The notes under the pieces are model-generated. The model searched no databases. It was not told the DNA's origin and saw only the letters and a list, made by a program, of their open reading frames with translations. Below, one piece after another: positions 1 to 7,787 of a DNA stretch of 36,976 bases. Positions within the stretch are counted from its first letter, which is position 1; every line of letters begins with the position of its first letter. A program made the position numbers and the translations under genes. Source of the DNA: Anaerolineae bacterium (GTDB lineage Bacteria; Chloroflexota; Anaerolineae; B4-G1); the NCBI GenBank assembly GCA_050049955.1, contig JASFVG010000002.1, positions 1-36,976 of the forward strand. Direction: 5' to 3'.

Positions 1-55
1 GGTCACAGAGGTAGGAGCCGATAAAGCCTGCCCCGCCGGTGATGAGAATACGCAT
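1..55 (-). CDS. NAD-dependent epimerase/dehydratase family protein, first 18 codons only (gene runs off the left edge)
   Basis: The reverse complement of 1-55 starts with ATG at 55-53 and reads MRILITGGAGFIGSYLCD. This is the GxxGxxG Rossmann start typical of SDR-type sugar epimerases/dehydratases. It is too short to appear in the ORF track. Confidence 0.55.
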   Translation of the reverse strand, partial: MRILITGGAGFIGSYLCD

Positions 56-137
56 GAGTCGCTCCTTGTCCTTGGGAGTCCGGCCCAGCAACTGCGTACG
101 GGGTGACTAGGGGCGCGAGCTGCGCAGCGTGGGTGCC

Positions 138-734
138 CTAGGCCGCAGCCTGCCTGCCCGAAGATGGGCCGGGGACCTGATTGTGCCCGCCAATCGCGGC
201 CTCAAGCGCATTGACGAAGATGTTGAAGGTTGACTCCCCGTAGAGGCAGAACACGATTCGCTCCAGAGATGTGCCACCGGTGATGTAGTCGATGGCAGCC
301 TTCAGCATGACGCCCGCGGCCTCGGCCGGAGGATAGCCGTAGATGCCGGTGCTGATAGCGGGTAGGGCGATGGACCGTAGGTCGTGCTCTTCGGCGACAC
401 GCAGGGCAGCCCACACAGCCGAAGCCAGGTCCTCCGCCGCCTTCACCGGCGAGCTGGCATTGTAGACCGGCCCCACGGCGTGGATAACGTATTCGGCCTT
501 CAGGTCTCCACCGGAGGTGATAGCTGCGGAACCCGTGGGTACCTCTCCGTGTTTCCGCACCCATGCTGTGCTCTCTCTTTGGATCACTGGTCCGCCAGCC
601 CGGGCGATGGCGGCAGCTACGCCGCCCCCGTGTGCCAGCCGCCGGTTGGCTGCGTTAACAATCGCATCCGTGTCAAGCGTAGTGATATCGCCTTGAACCA
701 ATTCAAGCACTGCCTGGTCGATTCGGGTCTCCAT
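138..734 (-). CDS. Macro domain protein (ADP-ribose binding / O-acetyl-ADP-ribose deacetylase-like)
   Basis: 198-aa ORF with the macro-domain signatures VQGDIT..DAIVNAAN, HGGGVAAAI and ISTGIYGYP. Confidence 0.85.
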   Translation of the reverse strand: METRIDQAVLELVQGDITTLDTDAIVNAANRRLAHGGGVAAAIARAGGPVIQRESTAWVRKHGEVPTGSAAITSGGDLKAEYVIHAVGPVYNASSPVKAAEDLASAVWAALRVAEEHDLRSIALPAISTGIYGYPPAEAAGVMLKAAIDYITGGTSLERIVFCLYGESTFNIFVNALEAAIGGHNQVPGPSSGRQAAA

Positions 735-764
735 TCACCTCCTCGTCGGAGTCCAGCCTCGATA

Positions 765-1418
765 CTAGTACCTGACGCGGACTTCCTTGAATCCCAGGGT
801 CAGAATCAGATGCCGGATGTACGATTCAGCGTTCGACTGGGCCATGTCCAGGATTCCGTCCTCCAACGCTGCCTCGAGAATCTCCTCCTCGGCGGCCTGG
901 CGTGCCGCAGTCTCAAGCTCCGCTTTCATTCCGATCACGCCTGTGTCGCGGTGGAACACGTAGGACTGCTCGCTGTCGAGGGCGGCGACGAAGACCTCGG
1001 CCTCGGGCAAGACGATGTCCACCCCGCCTTCGCCATCCACCGCAATATCGGTGTCTTCGAGCCTTGCTAGGTCGACCCCGGCGATAACCTGACCATGTGC
1101 GACGAAGATCAAGCGGTCGCCAAACAGGAAGGCAAACGGCCCCTGCTGAGACTCAGCCGTGATGATCTTCTCCACGGTGTAGGCAGCTGTCTCTAGCCGG
1201 CTGAGCCCTCGCACTTCGCGGACGATGGTCACAGGGTCGGGGACCACGGTGGGCGTCGGGTTGAGGATTTGCTCAAACTGCTCTTGCAGCGCCTGCTCCG
1301 CCTGGGCCAGGGGCCTGGTCACCCGTTGGATTGACCAGAAGACCATGGCGATACCGCCCAGGACAGTGACCAGGATCAGCACGAGCAGCACCGTTGTGAA
1401 GTCAATCTTTCTGTTCAT
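765..1418 (-). CDS. Membrane-anchored DUF4230-like protein
   Basis: N-terminal TM helix (FTTVLLVLILVTVLGGIAMVFW) followed by a roughly 180-aa soluble part with a HGQVIAGVDL motif resembling DUF4230. The start is placed at ATG 1418, which has GGGGAG 8 nt upstream. The track ORF extends to GTG 1427. The gene overlaps the stop of the upstream gene, consistent with translational coupling. Confidence 0.5.
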   Translation of the reverse strand: MNRKIDFTTVLLVLILVTVLGGIAMVFWSIQRVTRPLAQAEQALQEQFEQILNPTPTVVPDPVTIVREVRGLSRLETAAYTVEKIITAESQQGPFAFLFGDRLIFVAHGQVIAGVDLARLEDTDIAVDGEGGVDIVLPEAEVFVAALDSEQSYVFHRDTGVIGMKAELETAARQAAEEEILEAALEDGILDMAQSNAESYIRHLILTLGFKEVRVRY

Positions 1419-3609
1419 GGGCATCACTCCCCGGCAGCCATTGTACCAGACCGAGGGTCAAAAGGAAAGCGAATGCCAGGTCGACAAAGAATGTAGAGGC
1501 GTCGACCAAGCCGTGGGCGAGAGTATAGCCCATCGATCCCATGAGCCCGAACGTCAGCGCTCGCAGGTCGCGATCGGCACCACCCCGCCGCTGCAGGGCA
1601 CTCCCCCAGAAACCGACCTGGAGCAGGACGAACACGACCAGGCCTACCAGACCCAGTCGCGTGCCGTAGCTCAGCAGCAGGTTGTGGGGATGAGAGAGAT
1701 GCGGCTCCTGCCACGCGGACGGCAGGATGTACCGCCCCCGATACTGATAGAGGAAGTTGTCTGGTCCAACACCGAGCCACGGGTGGTCTAGGAACATGGT
1801 CCAGGATGCACGCCAAAGCTGGAGCCGGAAGAAGAGTGTACCACTGCGAGCGTCCAGCACCCCTGCGAAGCGCGGCGTGTTCAGGAGCCAGATGACGCCG
1901 ACCACGGTCAGCGCAATAGCGCCCACCGCCATCCAAATCCCGGGCCGGCCCTTGGTGCCGGCGTGCATCCTACCCACCCTCAAGCCAGGCAAGGGGAACA
2001 CGGTGGCTCCATCCGTCGAAGCGATCAGCAGCGCCAGAACCAGTAGGGTGCAGGGCAAACCCACGAGAAGAGCACCCCGCGAGAAGGTCAGAAGAACAGC
2101 CAGCGCAACGGGCACCATTCCCGCGCCAAAGACGATACGCCGACGACGCTTGGCTGCCATAAGCGTGCCGACCAGCTGTATCGGCAGCACCCGCCCCAGA
2201 TAGAGCGCTGCATTGTTGGGAGATCCATAGACAGAACGAAGGCGACGGAAGCCCTGCTCGGCAGTGATGATGTTCACGTCCAGTACGTACTGGACCAGCC
2301 CGATGATGGCCACGGCGGCGGCCCCGACCACCAGCGCGTCCACAAGACGCCAGACGGCCTTCCGACCTAGCTTTGTCGTCCGCAGCATCAGGTACAGCAG
2401 CGCCGGCTCCAGGACAACAACTCTCAGTTCTCGCAGCGCAACGTGGCGGTAGTCAGCGAAGAAGGTGGAAACGGCAGCGGTCAAGACGAGGAACAGGACG
2501 GCTACGTCGATGGTCGAGGGGGGCTGGGACCCGGCCAGAAGTGATCGGAAAGATGGAATGGGAACCCGAAGCGGGCCTTTCAGGAGTGCCGCGACAAAGC
2601 GGACAGCCCACGACAGGAGACAGAGCAAGGTCACGATTTCCACCATCGAGAACGCCTTGCCGAGCAGCGGCCGGGGGTAGAGGTAGAAGGGCACGGTTAG
2701 AGCGACAAGCGCCAGGCCCTGATCGAGTCGCAGGATGATGAGGACAGCCAGCACCGCACCACAAGCCACGGTGAGGGGAAACCAGGGCGAGACGTAGAAG
2801 ACCCCAGCAAGAATCGTGGCTAAGACCAGATATCCGGATTGGAGTCGCGGAGTCGGTAGGGCAACTATGCCAGCCGAGAAGCCATTGAGCACCTGCCCGA
2901 TCGCCTTGCTGGTGGAGCGAGATTCGGCAGCCGGCCCGCCTCTAGATTGGATCGGCTCCGCGGGCCGGGGCGCCGCTTGCTCCGCTTCACCCGCTCCGGC
3001 GTGCCGACGACGTCCCTCACCCGCTCCCCATCCAATCACCCCCAGCAGGCAGAGTATCGCCAGCGCGACCAGACCACGCAAGGCTTGATCATACGGTGCC
3101 GGATCAGGTCCACGGCCTACAGACCAGCCCACGATCGGCCATTGATCCCACCCGCGATCGGCCACGATCTCTCCGACGTGTGATCCGGCATCGAGCCCCC
3201 CTGCGATAGGAATTGTGTCTACCCGGGCCTCGTAGTCCGACGAGGTGAGCACTAGGTAGGCGCCACGCTCCGTCTTCGGCAGAAGGTTGGCTGGTTCGCC
3301 ATCGACTGTCACCCAGAGGGCAGCCCGATAGTTGCCTCTTCGCACTGTGAGAGCGAGACGGGTACCCGTGAACTGGAAGCTCACGCGATCTACCCCGGCC
3401 AGACTGCCAGCCTGGCTAGGATCGGCGCCCAGCTCGGAGAGCTCCCAGCCCCCCGTCCAATCGGCGTCCGCGTTCAGGGGTGTGAAGAGGACTGTCTCGC
3501 TAGCACGGACAGCGTAAGCCCGCGCGCCCAGTGCCGAAGCAGCCGACAGCAGACTGAACGCGAGGCCAGCCAGGCATAGTCGCGACCAGAGTTGCCCCCG
3601 CTTCCTCAA
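1402..3609 (-). CDS. O-antigen ligase / Wzy-family polytopic membrane protein with an N-terminal extracytoplasmic domain
   Basis: 735 aa. Signal/anchor (LCLAGLAFSLLSAASALG), a roughly 170-aa soluble domain, then more than 10 hydrophobic helices and a Wzy_C-like loop (SHPHNLLLSYGTRLGLVGL). TTG start with AAGGAG upstream. Confidence 0.7.
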   Translation of the reverse strand: MRKRGQLWSRLCLAGLAFSLLSAASALGARAYAVRASETVLFTPLNADADWTGGWELSELGADPSQAGSLAGVDRVSFQFTGTRLALTVRRGNYRAALWVTVDGEPANLLPKTERGAYLVLTSSDYEARVDTIPIAGGLDAGSHVGEIVADRGWDQWPIVGWSVGRGPDPAPYDQALRGLVALAILCLLGVIGWGAGEGRRRHAGAGEAEQAAPRPAEPIQSRGGPAAESRSTSKAIGQVLNGFSAGIVALPTPRLQSGYLVLATILAGVFYVSPWFPLTVACGAVLAVLIILRLDQGLALVALTVPFYLYPRPLLGKAFSMVEIVTLLCLLSWAVRFVAALLKGPLRVPIPSFRSLLAGSQPPSTIDVAVLFLVLTAAVSTFFADYRHVALRELRVVVLEPALLYLMLRTTKLGRKAVWRLVDALVVGAAAVAIIGLVQYVLDVNIITAEQGFRRLRSVYGSPNNAALYLGRVLPIQLVGTLMAAKRRRRIVFGAGMVPVALAVLLTFSRGALLVGLPCTLLVLALLIASTDGATVFPLPGLRVGRMHAGTKGRPGIWMAVGAIALTVVGVIWLLNTPRFAGVLDARSGTLFFRLQLWRASWTMFLDHPWLGVGPDNFLYQYRGRYILPSAWQEPHLSHPHNLLLSYGTRLGLVGLVVFVLLQVGFWGSALQRRGGADRDLRALTFGLMGSMGYTLAHGLVDASTFFVDLAFAFLLTLGLVQWLPGSDAHEQKD

Positions 3610-3874
3610 GGGCTCCTTAGTGCCGTGGTCTCGACTCTACTGCCTGCATACGCAGCGGGGCACCATCACTGATGTAAGCATAGAGTCAGCACGCGCCCTG
3701 AGCCGTGCCCTGTAGCCGGGTCGCTCTCCCGTGAGGTCCGGTTCGGCGACCGGGCGCGATTCCGTAGAAATAGTCGCTCGCACCCGCTGTCGCCTAGGGG
3801 CTCGCCGCCAATGCAAGGGCTCACAGGAAAACCCCATTCCGTCCGGGTCCCCGCGCGTCGCCCCCGAGATCACG

Positions 3875-5683
3875 CTAGCCACCGTCACTTCCGACTGGAG
3901 CGGAGGGGGCCGCATCGCTCGTCACCGGGGTGGCTTCTCCGGCCTCCCACTGAACCGCCGTCACACCGCCGGCGTCGGTCAGTTGCCGGACGCCCCCCGA
4001 GGGAAGTTGAATCAGGACCAGGTTCCCCTCGTAGACAGCCACGATCCAGCTTGCCCCTGGTCCCCACTCCATCTCCGGATACCGGAGTCCAATCTCCTCT
4101 TGTGCAGGGAAGATCACGTGCGCGTTCGACCCATCACGGTCCATCACCAAGAGGTCGTAGCCGCTAATCTGACTGGTGTATGGAGTGCGAGCGCGGCCAA
4201 ACGCGATGCCCCGGTTGTCAGGCGCGAAGCGGGGCTCAGCCCACATCCCAGCCTCACTTGAGAGCTCTGCGCTGATGGTTCCATCAGCCTTCAGCGTCCA
4301 CACGTCAAACACGGGACTATCTTCTGGTGATTCGCTCGCCACGGGTTGGCCGTGCAGCGTGGCTACAACGAACGCCCCTTCCGGCGACCAATCGACTCCC
4401 GGCGCCCAGACCCAGGGCGCATAAGTACGATAAGGGGGGAACTGAGCAAGCACCTTCTGGCGCCCATCGTAGGCGCGGATGACTCCGACCTCGTCAGCTC
4501 GCCCGTAGGCCAGGCCTTGCGCGCCCGGGGCCCAGGAATAGCTCGTTCCCCACCAGCCGTAGGAGCCGCCGCCTGTGGGCTCAATCACCTGACGGTTAGC
4601 AACCAGTTCGCCGGTGCTAGGGCGCGGGCGGGCGATCCACAGATCATTCTCCGCCCGCCAGCCAGGATTGCCCGCTGCTTTCCTGCCCGTCGTGAAGGCG
4701 ATTCGACACCCGCCGTTGCCGTTCGAAACGTCGCAGCCAGGCTCCCAGGCCGCCCAGAGCACGTTGTCTACCTCCAGCCGCACCGGCTCGGCGTCCACTG
4801 CCGCTGCGTCGAGAACCCACAGCGTGTTGAACGGCGCGTCTGGCCCGCTCTCCACCAAACCATCTGCCAGCTCGTCGTTTTCCGACCATTTACCGGACCC
4901 AACCAAGTCGTCGAGCGGCCTTCTCCAACGATCCGGTTCGAAGTCGCCTGGCGTGTCCTGTATCGGGCCGGGTCCCCGATCCGGCGTCCCTTCGGCCTCC
5001 GGCTGGTCGCTTGACTCAGACCCTGCCCGCGTATACAGCAGGTGCGAACCGTCCCCGGAAAGGGAGAAGACGCGACCATCCAGGTCGCCCTCATAGGTCA
5101 GGCGCCGCTGGTTGGTGCTGGTTCGGCGTATGACCCAAGCGTTATGGTCGGCGATGTAGGCTATCGTACCAGTGATCGCGACCGGCTCTCGCTCCACCTG
5201 TGCCCCGATGAGGAGAACCTCCGTCCGCGGCTCGCGCACGGTCACCCGTCGCACCAGGCTTCTGTCGGCTTCCACGCCATCCTCGAGGGTGACCCTGAAC
5301 GTCAGCTCTTCTATGCCTGTCACGCCCGGCTCGAGCAGCTGCGTCTCATCTCCGGAGATTGACGCATCGCGGACCGTGCGACGGTCAAAGGGGACCTCCC
5401 GCGCCTCTGTCTCCGTGCGGGTCTCGACACGAATGACATTCACGGTCATTCCGTCCTCAATCAGTGTGGGCTCAGCAGGCACGACCCGGTCGTCAGCATC
5501 CAGCGTAATCGCCGTCTTCTCTAGCAGATCCCGCACGGTGTGAGCTTCTGTGGCGAGTTTGCGCGTCTGACCATCAGCGACCAAGGTGACAGTTCGAGTG
5601 CCCATAAGGGCGGGTGACCCGCATGCCACCAAGGCAAGCGAGAGCAGCGAGAGCAGGAATGGCAGGGAGAGGCGCTTGACCAT
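3875..5683 (-). CDS. Lipoprotein with DUF348 and G5 domains plus a C-terminal TolB/PD40-like beta-propeller region
   Basis: Lipobox MVKRLSLPFLLSLLSLALVAC. DUF348-like segment VTLVADGQTRKLATEAHTVRDLLEKTAITLDADDRVVP. G5-like segment EVPFDRRTVRDASISGDETQLLEPGVTGIEELTFRV. C-terminal PD40-like strands (IAFGRARTP..YDLLVMDRDGSNAHVIF). The track ORF extends to GTG 5812. I prefer ATG 5683 because of the signal peptide and a promoter placed for a leaderless start. Confidence 0.65.
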   Translation of the reverse strand: MVKRLSLPFLLSLLSLALVACGSPALMGTRTVTLVADGQTRKLATEAHTVRDLLEKTAITLDADDRVVPAEPTLIEDGMTVNVIRVETRTETEAREVPFDRRTVRDASISGDETQLLEPGVTGIEELTFRVTLEDGVEADRSLVRRVTVREPRTEVLLIGAQVEREPVAITGTIAYIADHNAWVIRRTSTNQRRLTYEGDLDGRVFSLSGDGSHLLYTRAGSESSDQPEAEGTPDRGPGPIQDTPGDFEPDRWRRPLDDLVGSGKWSENDELADGLVESGPDAPFNTLWVLDAAAVDAEPVRLEVDNVLWAAWEPGCDVSNGNGGCRIAFTTGRKAAGNPGWRAENDLWIARPRPSTGELVANRQVIEPTGGGSYGWWGTSYSWAPGAQGLAYGRADEVGVIRAYDGRQKVLAQFPPYRTYAPWVWAPGVDWSPEGAFVVATLHGQPVASESPEDSPVFDVWTLKADGTISAELSSEAGMWAEPRFAPDNRGIAFGRARTPYTSQISGYDLLVMDRDGSNAHVIFPAQEEIGLRYPEMEWGPGASWIVAVYEGNLVLIQLPSGGVRQLTDAGGVTAVQWEAGEATPVTSDAAPSAPVGSDGG

Positions 5684-5689
5684 GGCAGG

Positions 5690-5718
5690 ATTATACCATC
5701 GGGGAGGGCCTGGGACAA
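5690..5718 (-). promoter_or_regulatory. Candidate sigma70-type promoter (TTGTCC-N17-TGgTATAAT) positioned for a leaderless transcript
   Basis: On the minus strand the -35 TTGTCC lies at 5718-5713, followed by a 17-nt spacer and an extended -10 TGGTATAAT at 5698-5690. The -10 ends 6 nt before ATG 5683, so the predicted transcription start falls on or next to the A of the start codon. There is no SD. Confidence 0.45.
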
Positions 5719-5907
5719 AGGGGAGGCATTCCTCGGGGGGTGCCACCGGCACGACCACAGCGGTGCCGCTCGACCACTTGCCCCGAGTGGGGATCAGGCT
5801 AGAATGGCTCACTGACAGCCCAGCTGCGTTCGCTCGCAGAGACGGACCAGAGAAGCTCGCGAGATCGGCGCTCCATGAAGGAGTTGTCCCAAATAGAGGA
5901 GGACACA

Positions 5908-7020
5908 GTGGTTTCGAAGCGCGGAAGCAACCAACACGACATCCTTATTGAGCGTATGCGCGCTCACGATCTTGAGGCTTTGGCACTGGTACCGGGGCCA
6001 AACCTGTACTACGTAACAGGGCTCTCCTTTCACCTCAGCGAGCGCCCAATCCTGGCGATACTGAAGACGGATGGCGCCCGCGCTATCGTCCTGCCTGTCC
6101 TGGAGGCAGCCAAGGTGACGCCTGCCGATGGCCTAGAAGTGTTTCCCTACACGGATGAACAGGGGCCCGGGACAGCGCTTCGGAAGGCGTGCGACGCTCT
6201 AGGGCTCGGCGAGTCCCGCCTTGGGGCTGAGGGCTTGCGCCTGCGCCTGCTGGAGGTGCAGCTGCTAGAGCGGCACGCGTCGGGCTGTCGCCTCGTGACG
6301 GCCGAGGACGTCTTGGGGGACCTCAGGATGCGGAAGGAAGAACACGAGCTGGGGCGGATGCGTTCGGCCGTCTCCGCGACCCAGGAAGCGCTTGCGGCCT
6401 TCACGGATCTGATCGAGGTTGGCGCAACAGAAACTGAGCTTGCATCGATCCTACGGATGGAGCTGCTGCGCGCTGGCGGCGACGAAATCGCCTTCTCCCC
6501 GATCGTCGTGGCTGGCCCCAACGCCGCTCTACCGCACGCAACGCCTGGGGAGCGTCCGGTAGGGCCTGGTGATTGCCTCATCGTGGACTGTGGCGCCAGC
6601 GTGGGAGGCTACATCGCGGACATCACGCGCACCTTTGTCGTTGGAGAGCCAGACCCGGAGCTGACCGACATCTACTCTGTTGTGCAAGCGGCGAACCGGG
6701 CAGGTCGTGCTGCCGTCCGGCCCGACGTACCGGCCGAGGAGATCGACCGAGCTGCTCGTCAGGTGATCGAAGATGCTGGCTACGGTGAGTATTTCATCCA
6801 CCGCACCGGGCACGGCATCGGACTGGAGGTGCATGAGCCCCCATACATCGTCGCCGGGAACAGGGAGCTCCTTGAGCCTGGTATGACCTTCACCGTCGAA
6901 CCGGGCATCTACCTGCCCGGACGGGGAGGCGTGCGCATTGAGGACGATGTCCTGGTGACCCTTGATGGTGGGGAGACTCTGTCCACCTTTCCGCGCGAGT
7001 TGATGAGGCTGTCGGAATGA
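5908..7020 (+). CDS. M24 family Xaa-Pro aminopeptidase/dipeptidase (PepP/PepQ-like)
   Basis: Metal-ligand pattern of M24B: DCGASVGGYIADITRTF, HRTGHGIGLEVHEPP, FTVEPGIY, GVRIEDDV. The start is placed at GTG 5908, preceded by GAGGAGG with a 5-nt spacer. The in-frame ATG 5875 of the track has no SD. Confidence 0.9.
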   Translation: MVSKRGSNQHDILIERMRAHDLEALALVPGPNLYYVTGLSFHLSERPILAILKTDGARAIVLPVLEAAKVTPADGLEVFPYTDEQGPGTALRKACDALGLGESRLGAEGLRLRLLEVQLLERHASGCRLVTAEDVLGDLRMRKEEHELGRMRSAVSATQEALAAFTDLIEVGATETELASILRMELLRAGGDEIAFSPIVVAGPNAALPHATPGERPVGPGDCLIVDCGASVGGYIADITRTFVVGEPDPELTDIYSVVQAANRAGRAAVRPDVPAEEIDRAARQVIEDAGYGEYFIHRTGHGIGLEVHEPPYIVAGNRELLEPGMTFTVEPGIYLPGRGGVRIEDDVLVTLDGGETLSTFPRELMRLSE

Positions 7021-7219
7021 TCCACACCCGGTCCTGTGGTTCCCTTCCACGCTTATCTGCTGCTATGTCGTGGAACTTGAGCAGAGAAGCCAGCCTCGCT
7101 GAATCCTAGGTTTGTCAACCACCAAGGACCTGCTACAATCTAGCCGCGGGCGCCGGAATAGAGGAAGAGCGGTTCAGACCCCGTATCGGAGGTGCCACTT
7201 GGGTATAGCGGAAGAGAGA

Positions 7220-7576
7220 ATGGAGATCCTGAAGATGGTCCAGGCCGGCCAGATATCGGCCGAGGACGGGGTAGCCCTTCTGGAGGCTTTGCAGGACAGA
7301 CCGGAGCAGGAGCCGGCTGTTGAGCCACCTGGTGCCGGGAGGCGACCGCGAAGACTCCGGGTCCGCGTGTCCGACCTGGAGACAGGTCGAGACAAAGTCA
7401 ACATCGATCTGCCCTGGAACCTGATCAACATCGGCATGAACATGGGCGCTCAGTTCGCGCCCGAGGAGATCGATTTGGAGGAGTTGATGCAGGTGTTGCG
7501 GGCGGGCACCGAGGGCAAGATCGTCGACGTGGAGGACGCAGAGGATCGCGAAAGAGTAGAGATCTTCGTCGAGTGA
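7220..7576 (+). CDS. Small SHOCT-like domain protein (LiaX/YvlB N-terminal-type helix), function unknown
   Basis: MEILKMVQAGQISAEDGVALLEAL matches the SHOCT-like helical motif. It is followed by a basic linker and a conserved-looking tail (KVNIDLPWNLINIG...GKIVDVEDAEDRERVEIFVE). The track ORF begins at TTG 7112 with an Arg-rich, non-protein-like extension, so ATG 7220 is preferred. Confidence 0.5.
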   Translation: MEILKMVQAGQISAEDGVALLEALQDRPEQEPAVEPPGAGRRPRRLRVRVSDLETGRDKVNIDLPWNLINIGMNMGAQFAPEEIDLEELMQVLRAGTEGKIVDVEDAEDRERVEIFVE

Positions 7577-7787
7577 GAAGACGGCCACACGTCGTCCGCA
7601 GAATCGCAGGCATGCCTGCGACCTCGGAGACCTCGGAGCTCTAGTGGAGCCTCGAGGTCTTCTGTCTCCATAGGCCAGTCTCGGCTCTGGGGCCTGGGAG
7701 CGGCCCTCGAGGTGCAGGTCCTAGTCCTGCCCGAGCAGCGTCTGGTCAGCCAGCGCGAGCCTGAGCGACAGCAGACTCGGGCACGAG

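Noticed and set aside
202-1070. Overlapping track ORFs 202-564 (-) and 384-1070 (+) across the macro-domain and DUF4230-like genes
   Set aside because: They are Arg/Pro/Gly/Ala/Cys-rich translations in alternative frames or antisense to ORFs with clear domain signatures. These are typical high-GC shadow ORFs. The same reasoning applies to most other short or antisense ORFs in the track (for example 1225-1791, 8022-8519, 18674-19345, 21268-22143, 22441-23163, 31761-32672, 33300-33953).
7112-7219. TTG-initiated extension of the SHOCT-like ORF
   Set aside because: It is an Arg-rich, low-complexity translation with no SD. The conserved SHOCT-like helix begins at the Met encoded at 7220.
7604-7638. 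18-bp perfect palindrome TCGCAGGCATGCCTGCGA, followed by a tandem 9-mer (acctcggag x2), between convergent genes
   Set aside because: It might be a bidirectional terminator, but the stem is short (7 bp with a 4-nt loop) and there is no U/A tract on either side. This is not enough to call a terminator.
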